64,000 nt of DNA from a virus. The notes below the pieces were generated by a model that was given only the letters and a program-made list of their open reading frames with translations, was not told the DNA's origin and did no database searches. The position numbers and the translations under genes are program-made. This document shows, piece by piece, positions 10,257 to 19,440 of this stretch; position 1 is the first letter of the stretch, and every line of letters starts with the position of its first letter. Location of the stretch: the IMG/VR virus record IMGVR_UViG_3300032293_001706, positions 96,001 to 160,000 of that record; one strand, written 5' to 3'.

Positions 10257-11261
10257 ATGGCAATTAAAAAAAATGATTTTAGCTCGCTGAAGAAAAAATT
10301 TTCAACTTCAGCAAAATATAAACCGCAAAGATATTTTGATTTAGGTAAAGATTTCTTGGATGCGGTTGGACTTCCTGGTCCTGCAATAGGACACTTGAAT
10401 ATGTTCTTGGGACATTCGGATACAGGAAAAACTACCGCAGCGGTTAAAGCTGCTGTGGCAGCACAAAAGATGGGTATATTACCTGTGTTTATTATTACCG
10501 AACAAAAGTGGAGTTTTGAACATGCAAAACTTATGAGTTTTGAATGTAACGAAGTGGTTGATGAAGAAACAGGTGAAACAGACTGGGATGGATTCTTTAT
10601 ATTCAACAATAACTTTCATTATATTGAACAAATTACTGACTATATTAACGAATTGTTGGATGCTCAAGAAAAGGGGGAATTAGATTATAGTTTATGTTTT
10701 ATTTGGGATTCAGTTGGTTCCATTCCATGTAAAATGACTTACGAAGGCAAGGGCGGTCGCCAACACAATGCCGCGGTTCTTGCTGACAAGATTGGTATGG
10801 GTATTAACCAAAGAATTTCAGGTTCAAGAAAATCAGATTCAAAGCATGAAAACACATTGATTATTATTAATCAGCCATGGGTTGAACTTCCTGACAATCC
10901 ATTTGGTCAACCAAAAATTAAGGCAAAAGGTGGTGAAGCAATTTGGTTGAACTCATCTTTGGTGTTTTTATTTGGAAACCAAAAAGGAGCTGGAACCAAT
11001 AAAATTACCGCAACCAAAGACAAACGTAGTGTTAAGTTTGCAATACGCACAAAGATATCCGTATTAAAAAATCATATTAATGGATTGGGATATGAAGACG
11101 GGAAAATAATTGTTACACCTCATGGATTCTTAGCGGGAAAAGACGCTACAGAAGAAAAATCATCAATTGAATCATATAAGAGAGAATATGCTGATTATTG
11201 GAATAATATTATTGGTCTTGATGGTGATTTTGATTTAAAAGAAGAAAAAGTAGAAGAATAA
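10257..11261 (+). CDS. recA: RecA/UvsX-like recombinase
   Basis: Walker A GHSDTGKT, Walker B FIWDSVG, IIINQ and GGEAIWLNSSL motifs of the RecA family. Confidence 0.85.
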   Translation: MAIKKNDFSSLKKKFSTSAKYKPQRYFDLGKDFLDAVGLPGPAIGHLNMFLGHSDTGKTTAAVKAAVAAQKMGILPVFIITEQKWSFEHAKLMSFECNEVVDEETGETDWDGFFIFNNNFHYIEQITDYINELLDAQEKGELDYSLCFIWDSVGSIPCKMTYEGKGGRQHNAAVLADKIGMGINQRISGSRKSDSKHENTLIIINQPWVELPDNPFGQPKIKAKGGEAIWLNSSLVFLFGNQKGAGTNKITATKDKRSVKFAIRTKISVLKNHINGLGYEDGKIIVTPHGFLAGKDATEEKSSIESYKREYADYWNNIIGLDGDFDLKEEKVEE

Positions 11262-11299
11262 AAAAGTTATAATTATTCTACTTTTAGAATATTCGTAAA

Positions 11300-11306
11300 T
11301 ATTTAT
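11300..11306 (+). promoter_or_regulatory. TATTTAT putative late promoter
   Basis: Motif ends 4 nt before the ATG at 11311. Confidence 0.5.
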
Positions 11307-11310
11307 TAAT

Positions 11311-11463
11311 ATGGGAAGAAAGAAAAAAGAAGATATTGAAAAAAAAGTTAAGATTGGAATTTCTGTTGACCCCGAACTTCCACAATACTTTAAAGATAAA
11401 TCAATTAATCTTTCTTCTCTTGTTAATAAACTATTAAAAGATTATATTAAAAATGGAAACTAA
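11311..11463 (+). CDS. Small ribbon-helix-helix-like DNA-binding protein, 50 aa (missing from the ORF track)
   Basis: Hand translation gives MGRKKKEDIEKKVKIGISVDPELPQYFKDKSINLSSLVNKLLKDYIKNGN*. It has an alternating beta strand (KIGISVD) and an NLSSLVNKLL helix typical of RHH/CcdA-like proteins, and overlaps the HNH start. Confidence 0.65.
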   Translation: MGRKKKEDIEKKVKIGISVDPELPQYFKDKSINLSSLVNKLLKDYIKNGN

Positions 11464-12116
11464 AGTTTGTTCTAAATGTAAAGAAGAAAAAAAAGTTTGT
11501 GATTTTGGTAATTCAAAAAAATCAAAAGATGGATTATTGTATTGTTGTAAACAATGTAATAGTGAAAGAGGTAAAAAATATGTTAAAGAAAATTATGAAA
11601 AAACATTAGAACAACATAGAAAATGGAGGTCTAAAAATCCTGAATGGGTTTATGAAAGATATAAAAATTATAGGAAAAATAACCCTGAAAAAGTTAATGA
11701 AATGCTTAAAGAGTGGTATAAAAATAATCCTCAAAAAAGAAAACAATATCGTGAAAATTATAAACCTAGGAAACAAGAACGAAGAAAAGAAAGAAATGAA
11801 AACGACCCAATTTTCAACCTAGTAAATAGAGTCAGATACAGGATAATAAAATATCTTAAAATAAAAAATATAACTAAAAAAAAACAAAACTTTTGAAATC
11901 GTAGGATGTACACCACAAGAACTAAAAGAACATTTGGAAAAAAAATTTGTATCTGGTATGACTTGGGAAAATAGAAACGAATGGCACATCGACCACATAA
12001 TTCCATTATCATCGGCAAAATCAGAAGATGAAATATTGAAATTATGTTACTATACGAATCTTCAACCACTATGGGCAAACGATAATATCAGAAAGAGTAA
12101 CAAAATTTTACAATAA
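11453..12116 (+). pseudogene. HNH homing endonuclease split by a +1 frameshift
   Basis: 11453-11896 has an N-terminal CSKC..CCKQC zinc motif and a basic helical region. Removing one A from the A9 run at 11876-11884 restores KNITKKNKTFEIVGCTPQELKEHLEKKFVSGMTWENRNEWHIDHIIPLS...NLQPLWANDNIRKSN, an intact HNH domain. Confidence 0.8.
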
Positions 12117-12133
12117 CGAATACTAAAAAAAAA

Positions 12134-13132
12134 GTGATTAAAACATTAATAGTTGATGCGGACAACCTGTTTAAAATTGGATTTCATGGAGTTAAAGAAT
12201 TTTATCATGAAGGACAACATATTGGCGGAATTTTCCATTTCATCAATGTAATTCAAAGATTTCTTTCAGATTATAATTACGATAAGATTGTAGTGATATG
12301 GGATGGTAACAACAATTCATCACAAAGGAAAAATATATATCCCCAATATAAAGAAAACCGTCGTATAACAATGACGGAAGAAAAAAAGGATTCTTATCAT
12401 TATCAAAAAAATAGGGTTAGACAATATTTGGAAGAAATGTTTGTCAGACAAATTATAATTGATAATCATGAGTGTGATGACATTGTTGCTTACTATTGTA
12501 GTATAAGTAATGAAAAAATTACAATTCTTTCATCAGACAAGGATTTAACACAATTAATAACTCCAAACGTACACATATACTCACCGATAGCGAAACAATG
12601 GATTACAGATAAGCACAAGATTAAATTGGGTAATATTGAAGTTCCTATCCAAAACGTAAAAACTGTAAAGATTATTTTGGGTGATAAGTCAGATAACATT
12701 GAAGGTATATATAATTTTGGTGAAAAAAAACTGTTGAAGTTTTTTCCCGAAATAGTTGATAATGTTCTTACTATTGACAATATTTTGGAAAAATCAGAAC
12801 GTATTTTAAGTGAAGACGAAAAACAAAAACCGATTAGAGATTTATTGGATGGTAGAACCAAATCTGGTTCACTTGGAAAAGAATATTTTACAATACGAGA
12901 AAGTATTGTAAGTTTGTCAAACCCTATAATTACAGAAGAAGCGAAAAGAGAAGTAGAATCATATTATAGTGAAAACATTGACCCTGAAGGTCGAAACTAC
13001 AAAAATTTAATGAGAATGATGATTGAAGACGGTTTCTTCAAGTATCTCCCTAAAAAGGATGATGCTTGGGTGGAATTTATTCAACCAATTTTAAAACTAA
13101 CAAGAAAAGAAAAAAACAGATTTAAAAAATGA
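12134..13132 (+). CDS. 5'-3' exonuclease / flap endonuclease (T4 RNase H, Pol I 5' nuclease family)
   Basis: IVDADN, HECDDIVA, SSDKDLTQL and LGDKSDNIEGI motifs; GTG start. Confidence 0.85.
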   Translation: MIKTLIVDADNLFKIGFHGVKEFYHEGQHIGGIFHFINVIQRFLSDYNYDKIVVIWDGNNNSSQRKNIYPQYKENRRITMTEEKKDSYHYQKNRVRQYLEEMFVRQIIIDNHECDDIVAYYCSISNEKITILSSDKDLTQLITPNVHIYSPIAKQWITDKHKIKLGNIEVPIQNVKTVKIILGDKSDNIEGIYNFGEKKLLKFFPEIVDNVLTIDNILEKSERILSEDEKQKPIRDLLDGRTKSGSLGKEYFTIRESIVSLSNPIITEEAKREVESYYSENIDPEGRNYKNLMRMMIEDGFFKYLPKKDDAWVEFIQPILKLTRKEKNRFKK

Positions 13133-13593
13133 CAGATATGAAAGAAAAACAGATTGATGTTACCAAAATGGAATTTTTGGTGAAATTGAATGAAAACATT
13201 GTTATTCAAAGGTTTTTTAACGTTAAAAACTTTAATGATGATTCGAAAAAATCTATGGAGGTGCACGAATATCTAAAAGAGACTTGCCAAATGTTAGAAA
13301 ATCAGTTGTGGGTTAAAACACATGACTACATGAATGAGAATATGGAATTAATTATGAGCGACCCGACAATTATGAATACATCCAAAACCGACGGACCTGA
13401 ATGGTTTAACGTTTCGGTAAAGGTTGGAGAACAGACAATTTGTCAGAGAGGGTTTGATGCAAAACCATATCCGCCAAAGGCGAGATATACGCTGGATATG
13501 AGACCAGTTGTAAAAAATGTTTTAAATGATTTAACTGACATTTTTTCAGCTAAAAATTTTTCTAAAAATTATATGAATTATACTCTTGGTTGA
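13129..13593 (+). CDS. Hypothetical protein, 154 aa
   Basis: ATGA overlap with the exonuclease gene; fills the gap before the helicase. Confidence 0.65.
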   Translation: MTDMKEKQIDVTKMEFLVKLNENIVIQRFFNVKNFNDDSKKSMEVHEYLKETCQMLENQLWVKTHDYMNENMELIMSDPTIMNTSKTDGPEWFNVSVKVGEQTICQRGFDAKPYPPKARYTLDMRPVVKNVLNDLTDIFSAKNFSKNYMNYTLG

Positions 13594-13596
13594 TAG

Positions 13597-13603
13597 TATT
13601 TAT
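13597..13603 (+). promoter_or_regulatory. TATTTAT motif
   Basis: In the gap before the helicase ATG at 13628. Confidence 0.4.
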
Positions 13604-13627
13604 CTTCACAAGTCAAATTAGAATTAT

Positions 13628-15004
13628 ATGGGAAACGACAAAAATTTTGGTTATTTAGGTAACACATTTCAAATACAATTAATAAATCAGTTAATTGTCA
13701 ACAAAGATTTTGCTCGCTCCATAATTGACGTTCTGGATTCAAAATATTTTGATAATCAATATTTTAGAATCATCATTCAAATGATAAAGGAATACTATAT
13801 TAAATATGAAAGTGTTCCAACATTTGATACCTTAGACCAATTAACTCGTTCAGAAATAACATCAGAACAAGCAAGAAAAATAGTTCAAGACACTATTTCA
13901 CAAATTAAAGAATCCAAAATTGAAGGTCATCAGTTCGTAATTGAAAAGGCGCTGAAATTCTGTAAACAACAAGAGTTACAGAAAGTAATGACTAAAGCCC
14001 AAAAAATCATTGATAAAGGTGATTTTGAAAGTTATGACCAATTGGAAGAAATGGTAAACAAAGCACTTCAGGTTGGTGAAATAAATAGTGGTGAACAAGA
14101 TGTATTTTCAAATTTAGATGAAGTATTGGATGAGGATTATAGACACCCAATTCCTATCGGAATTCCTGGTATTGATAACTTGTTAAAAGGTGGATTGGCA
14201 AAAGGAGAATTAGGTGTTATTCTCGCACCGACAGGTGTTGGCAAAACCACCGTACTCACAAAAATTGCCAACCACGCATTTAATTTAGGTTATAATGTAC
14301 TTCAAATCTTTTTCGAAGATAACCCCAAAATTGTTCAAAGGAAGCACTTTACATTATGGACGGGTATTGCTCCTGATGAGTTATCCTTCAACAAGGAAGA
14401 GGTTATGGGTAAGGTTAGGACAATTAGAGAAAATTCCAAAAATAGATTAATCTTAAATAAGTTTCCTTCAGACACTCTTACAATGTCACAGATTAAAAAT
14501 CAGGTAAGAAAAATGATTGCTGAGGGTACAAATATAGATATGATTGTTTTGGATTATATTGACTGTATTGTTCCCGAAAAAAATATGGGTGATGAATGGA
14601 AAAGTGAAGGTTCTGTTATGAGAGCATATGAAGCACTTTGTCATGAACTTGACATTGTTGGTTGGACCGCAACACAAGGAAATAGAAGTTCTATTTCGTC
14701 AGATGTTGTAACTACAGACCAAATGGGTGGGTCAATTAAGAAAGCACAAGTAGGACACGTTATTATTACAGTTGCAAAGAGCCTGGCACAAAAAGAACAG
14801 AAGCTCGCGACAATAGCTATTACCAAATCAAGGATTGGAAGTGATGGTATCGTGTTTGAAAATTGCAAATTTGATAATGAACTTTTGGAAATAGATACTG
14901 AAAGTTCGGTAACATTCTTAGGTTTGGAAGAACAGAAGGAAGAGAGAAACAAAAACAGAGTAAGAGAGTTACTCGATAAAAGAAAAAAAGAATCAATAAA
15001 TTAA
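13628..15004 (+). CDS. dnaB: Replicative DNA helicase (DnaB/gp41-like)
   Basis: GELGVILAPTGVGKT Walker A, IVLDYID Walker B, WTATQGNR and KSRIG motifs. Confidence 0.85.
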   Translation: MGNDKNFGYLGNTFQIQLINQLIVNKDFARSIIDVLDSKYFDNQYFRIIIQMIKEYYIKYESVPTFDTLDQLTRSEITSEQARKIVQDTISQIKESKIEGHQFVIEKALKFCKQQELQKVMTKAQKIIDKGDFESYDQLEEMVNKALQVGEINSGEQDVFSNLDEVLDEDYRHPIPIGIPGIDNLLKGGLAKGELGVILAPTGVGKTTVLTKIANHAFNLGYNVLQIFFEDNPKIVQRKHFTLWTGIAPDELSFNKEEVMGKVRTIRENSKNRLILNKFPSDTLTMSQIKNQVRKMIAEGTNIDMIVLDYIDCIVPEKNMGDEWKSEGSVMRAYEALCHELDIVGWTATQGNRSSISSDVVTTDQMGGSIKKAQVGHVIITVAKSLAQKEQKLATIAITKSRIGSDGIVFENCKFDNELLEIDTESSVTFLGLEEQKEERNKNRVRELLDKRKKESIN

Positions 15005-15027
15005 CTTAAAACAAAAAAATAATTATT

Positions 15028-16890
15028 ATGGACGCATCACAAAAGATACTGTCAGACTTAACCGTTTACATGAAATATGCAAAATTTGTTCCCGAACTAA
15101 ATAGAAGAGAAACTTGGGAAGAATTGGTTACAAGAAACATGGATATGCATATTAAAAAATATCCTAAACTTGAAAGTGAAATTAGAGAAGTATACAAATA
15201 TGTATATGATAAAAAAGTGTTACCCTCAATGAGGTCAATGCAGTTTGGAGGTAAACCGATTGAAATCAGTCCAAATAGGATGTTCAATTGTGCGTACCTA
15301 CCAATTGACCACTTGGATGCGTTTGCTGAATCAATGTTCCTATTACTTGGTGGAACAGGTGTGGGATATTCAGTTCAGAAACATCATGTCGATAAACTAC
15401 CTGAAATTAGAAAACCAAATCCAAATCGTTCAAGAAGATTTTTAGTAGGAGATTCAATTGAAGGATGGGCAGATGCCATCAAGGTGCTAATGAAATCATA
15501 TTTTGGTGAACATCTATCAACACCTGAATTTGATTATTCTGACATCAGACCAAAAGGGGCAAGACTGATTACATCAGGTGGTAAAGCACCTGGTCCACAA
15601 CCATTGAAAGATTGTATTCACCAATTAACAAAAATTTTGGATGCGAAAGAAGACGGTGAAAAACTAGCACCAATTGAAGTTCACGATATAATTTGTCATA
15701 TCGCTGACGCCGTGCTTAGCGGTGGAATCCGAAGAGCGGCACTGATTTCCTTATTTTCGGCTGACGACCATGAAATGATTGCAGCCAAGTCAGGTGCTTG
15801 GTGGGAACAAAACCCACAAAGAGGTAGGGCAAATAATTCTGCGGCACTTGTTAGACACAAAATAACCAAAGAAGTTTTCTTGGATTTGTGGAAAAGAGTT
15901 GAAGCTTCAGGTGCAGGAGAACCTGGGATTTATTTTACAAACGATAAAGATTGGGGTACTAATCCATGTTGTGAAATTGCTTTGAGACCAAATCAATTCT
16001 GTAATTTGTGTGAAGTAAACGTATCCGATATTGAATCACAAGAAGATTTAAACGCTCGTGTAAAGGCTGCATCATTTATTGGAACACTTCAGGCGGGATA
16101 TACCGATTTCCATTATTTGAGAGACGTTTGGAAACGTACCACAGAAAAAGAAGCGTTGATAGGGGTTTCAATGACAGGCATCGGTTCAGGAGTTGTGTTA
16201 GGTTATAATATGGTAGAAGCTGCTGAGGTTGTTAAAGAAGAAAATGCTCGAGTTGCGGAACTTATCGGAATTAATAAATCGGCAAGAACAACCACTGTTA
16301 AACCAGCTGGAACAACATCTTTAACACTTGGAACATCATCAGGTATTCACGCTTGGCATAATGATTACTATATCCGTAGAATTCGTGTAGGTAAGAACGA
16401 ATCAATTTATCAATACCTTTCAATTTATCATCCTGAATTGTTGGAAGATGAATATTTCCGTCCTCACGATACTGCGGTAATTTCTGTACCACAGAAAGCA
16501 CCTGAAGGGGCTATTTTAAGGACAGAATCACCATTCCAACTTTTGGATAGGGTTAAGAAAGTAACACAAGAATGGATTAGGCCCGGACATAGAAGTGGTT
16601 CAAATACACATAACGTTTCTGCAACAATCAGTTTGAAACCTGAAGATTGGGAAATGGCGGGTGAATGGTTTTGGGAGAACCGTGACTATTACAATGGTCT
16701 GTCTGTACTTCCATTTGATGGAGGGTCATACATTCAGGCACCTTTTACCGATTGTACTAAAGAAGAATATGATGCATTGTTTAGTAAACTACACACAATC
16801 GATTTATCAAAAGTTGTTGAGTTAACCGATGAAACAGATTTAAGTAATGAATTAGCGTGTAGCGGTCCTATGGGTTGTGAAATTAAATAA
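15028..16890 (+). CDS. nrdJ: Class II adenosylcobalamin-dependent ribonucleotide reductase (monomeric RTPR type)
   Basis: FNC, GGIRRAA, TNPCCEI..FCNLCE and TVKPAGTTS motifs, and a C-terminal redox pair ACSGPMGC. Confidence 0.85.
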   Translation: MDASQKILSDLTVYMKYAKFVPELNRRETWEELVTRNMDMHIKKYPKLESEIREVYKYVYDKKVLPSMRSMQFGGKPIEISPNRMFNCAYLPIDHLDAFAESMFLLLGGTGVGYSVQKHHVDKLPEIRKPNPNRSRRFLVGDSIEGWADAIKVLMKSYFGEHLSTPEFDYSDIRPKGARLITSGGKAPGPQPLKDCIHQLTKILDAKEDGEKLAPIEVHDIICHIADAVLSGGIRRAALISLFSADDHEMIAAKSGAWWEQNPQRGRANNSAALVRHKITKEVFLDLWKRVEASGAGEPGIYFTNDKDWGTNPCCEIALRPNQFCNLCEVNVSDIESQEDLNARVKAASFIGTLQAGYTDFHYLRDVWKRTTEKEALIGVSMTGIGSGVVLGYNMVEAAEVVKEENARVAELIGINKSARTTTVKPAGTTSLTLGTSSGIHAWHNDYYIRRIRVGKNESIYQYLSIYHPELLEDEYFRPHDTAVISVPQKAPEGAILRTESPFQLLDRVKKVTQEWIRPGHRSGSNTHNVSATISLKPEDWEMAGEWFWENRDYYNGLSVLPFDGGSYIQAPFTDCTKEEYDALFSKLHTIDLSKVVELTDETDLSNELACSGPMGCEIK

Positions 16891-17092
16891 TAAAAACATA
16901 TCGCAACAAAATGATGAAGGGGGAGGTTATAAACTTTCCCCTTCTGATTTTTATATTGAAAACGGAAAATATGTTTTCACAAAAGAATTTCATTTAAAAA
17001 GAGGTTATTGTTGTGGTTCGGGATGCAAAAATTGTCCTTTCAATCCTCGTCACAAAAAAGGCAATACCAATATATTTATTGATAATGGCTAA
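16877..17092 (+). CDS. Small Cys-rich protein (DUF5522-like)
   Basis: FT.EFHLKRGYCCGSGCKNCPF motif; true start uncertain. Confidence 0.65.
   Translation: MKLNNKNISQQNDEGGGYKLSPSDFYIENGKYVFTKEFHLKRGYCCGSGCKNCPFNPRHKKGNTNIFIDNG
16916..16953 (+). terminator. Hairpin after nrdJ, possible terminator or attenuator
   Basis: GAAGGGGGAGGTT-ATA-AACTTTCCCCTTC forms a 13-bp stem with G-U pairs, followed by a T-rich tract. Confidence 0.4.
17073..17079 (+). promoter_or_regulatory. TATTTAT putative late promoter
   Basis: Immediately upstream of the ATG at 17085. Confidence 0.55.
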
Positions 17093-17555
17093 TGGTGTAA
17101 CATACGGTATAAATTTTCCCTTTGTGGATTCTTTGGTAGGTGATTATGTATCATTATCACAAAATCCTGACCAAGAACTTAGAAGTAATTTAATTCATCT
17201 TCTTTTAACAAGAAAAGGAAGTAGATATTATTTACCTGATTTTGGTAGTAGATTATATGAATTTATTTTTGAACCATTTGATGGGATAACTTTCGAGGCG
17301 GTTAAGGATGATATCAGAGATACCGTAGGAAAATACATACCAAATTTATTAATTGATGAAATCATTGTATTACCGTATAATGAATACGAATCAGAATATG
17401 GTAATACGGGGACAATAAATAATGAAAATTTAGGTAATGGTGTTTATAGAGTTGCGGGAAGAGGAACCACAGAATATACTGCGAAATTAAGAATTGACTA
17501 TACCATAACCGATAATACCTTTCAATCAAGAGATTTTATAATTATCAACATATAA
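17085..17555 (+). CDS. Baseplate wedge protein gp25-like
   Basis: GINFPF..NLIHLLLTRKGSRYYLPDFGSRLYEFIFEP is the gp25/GPW signature. The ATG at 17085 is preferred over 17013 because of the promoter motif. Confidence 0.85.
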   Translation: MANGVTYGINFPFVDSLVGDYVSLSQNPDQELRSNLIHLLLTRKGSRYYLPDFGSRLYEFIFEPFDGITFEAVKDDIRDTVGKYIPNLLIDEIIVLPYNEYESEYGNTGTINNENLGNGVYRVAGRGTTEYTAKLRIDYTITDNTFQSRDFIIINI

Positions 17556-17556
17556 T

Positions 17557-19374
17557 ATGGCAGAAAAGAAAATATCATATACCGTAAGAGATTTTGCGGC
17601 AATCAGACAAGAATTAATTGATTATACAAGGAAATATTATCCTGACCTTGTTGGAAACTTTAACGATGCATCGATATTTTCGGTATTAATGGATTTAAAT
17701 GCTGCTGTTACAGATAATTTACATTACCATATTGATAGAAGTATTCAAGAAACTGTGTTAGAATTTGCACAGCAAAGAAGTTCACTTTATAATATTGCAA
17801 GAACTTATGGTTTAAAAATACCAGGAAATAGACCATCAGTTGCGGTTTGTGATATAACAATAAATGTTCCTGTTAGTGGTGATAGACCAAACATTAATTA
17901 TATGGGAACAATTAAAGCTGGTTCACAATTTGTTGGTGCGGGACAAACATTTGAAAATTTAACGGATATCCAATTTTGGAGTCAATATAATTCATCAGGA
18001 CAACCAAACCAAAAAGTAATCCCTGTTTTGGATGGAAACAACAGAGTTATAAGTTATAACATTACAAAAAGAGAATTTTTGGTAAACGGGACAACCAAAG
18101 TATTTAAAAAAGTTATTACGCCTTCAGACGTTATTCCTTTCTTACAAGTGTTCCTACCTGAAAGGAATGTATTAAACGTAACATCAATTATTGAAAAAGA
18201 TGGAATAAATTATCAAAATATTCCACCATATTCTGATTTTATATCACCTACAGGAAGATGGTATGAAGTTCCTGCACTTGCAGAATCAAGGGTATTTGTT
18301 CCAAACGCTGGAAGAACTGCAAGTCAAGGAATTATACCTGGTGTTTATATTGATACCGACACAAGATTTATTACTGAATTTACACCTGAAAATTTTATGA
18401 AGATTACATTTGGTGGAGCAAATTCAACCGCAGACCAACAATTACAATCCTTTGTTCAAACAGGTATAACACCAAGATTGAATGATTATCAAAACAATAT
18501 TAATTTAGGTCTAATTCCAAGGGCTAATACAACTTTATTTATTCAATATAGAATAGGAGGGGGTTTGGAAAGTAATCTTGGGGTTAATGTTATAAATTCT
18601 GTGGGTAATTTAAATATGGTTTTTGATGGGGCAACAAACCCTTCAGAACAATCAAGAGTAATAAACTCTGTTCAAATAACAAACGTAACTGCCGCAGTTG
18701 GAGGTGCAAATCCACCTTCAATCGAAGAAGTAAGAAACTATGTAACATTTAACTTTGCATCACAAAATAGGGCGGTAACAATTGGTGACTATTATGCATT
18801 AATTAATAGAATGCCTGGAATATATGGTGTTCCTGCGAAAGTAAGTGTTATGGAAATGAATAATCAGATTTACATTGCTGTATTGAGTCAGGACAATTCA
18901 GGAAAGATGACACAACAAGTTCCACAAGTGTTGAAAGATAATATAAAAACTTATCTAAATGAATATAGAATGACAAACGATAGTTTGACAGTTCAAGTAG
19001 GAAAAGTAATTGATTTAAGATTTGAAATAAATGTGACATTGGAACAAGTAACAAATCAAAGTGCAATTATTGCCGACATTATAGATAATGTATCGACATA
19101 TTTATCACCTGTTTCAAGAGAAATGGGACAAAATGTCATAATCTCTGAAATAAGAAGGATAGTTCAAAACATTAAAGGTGTTGTGTCTGTTTCAGAAATT
19201 AAGGTGTTTAATATGGTTGGAGGACAATATTCATCTTCACAAACAGCACAAGTATACTCTAATCCGACAACAAAAGAAATAAAATTAATTGATGATACCA
19301 TTTTTGCACAACCTACAGAATTCTATCAAATAAGGTATGACAATAGGGATATCGGTATTAGAGTTAAAAAATAA
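17557..19374 (+). CDS. Baseplate wedge subunit gp6 / baseplate J-like
   Basis: RDFAAIRQELIDY, YRIGGGLESN, GGANPPSIEEVR and QNRAVTIGDY motifs. Confidence 0.85.
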   Translation: MAEKKISYTVRDFAAIRQELIDYTRKYYPDLVGNFNDASIFSVLMDLNAAVTDNLHYHIDRSIQETVLEFAQQRSSLYNIARTYGLKIPGNRPSVAVCDITINVPVSGDRPNINYMGTIKAGSQFVGAGQTFENLTDIQFWSQYNSSGQPNQKVIPVLDGNNRVISYNITKREFLVNGTTKVFKKVITPSDVIPFLQVFLPERNVLNVTSIIEKDGINYQNIPPYSDFISPTGRWYEVPALAESRVFVPNAGRTASQGIIPGVYIDTDTRFITEFTPENFMKITFGGANSTADQQLQSFVQTGITPRLNDYQNNINLGLIPRANTTLFIQYRIGGGLESNLGVNVINSVGNLNMVFDGATNPSEQSRVINSVQITNVTAAVGGANPPSIEEVRNYVTFNFASQNRAVTIGDYYALINRMPGIYGVPAKVSVMEMNNQIYIAVLSQDNSGKMTQQVPQVLKDNIKTYLNEYRMTNDSLTVQVGKVIDLRFEINVTLEQVTNQSAIIADIIDNVSTYLSPVSREMGQNVIISEIRRIVQNIKGVVSVSEIKVFNMVGGQYSSSQTAQVYSNPTTKEIKLIDDTIFAQPTEFYQIRYDNRDIGIRVKK

Positions 19375-19422
19375 TATTCACAAGGATTTTTCTTAAACTA
19401 CTATTGAAAATAGATATTAAAC

Positions 19423-19429
19423 TATTTAT
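19423..19429 (+). promoter_or_regulatory. TATTTAT putative late promoter
   Basis: Upstream of the ATG at 19441. Confidence 0.5.
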
Positions 19430-19440
19430 CAAAAAGTAGT

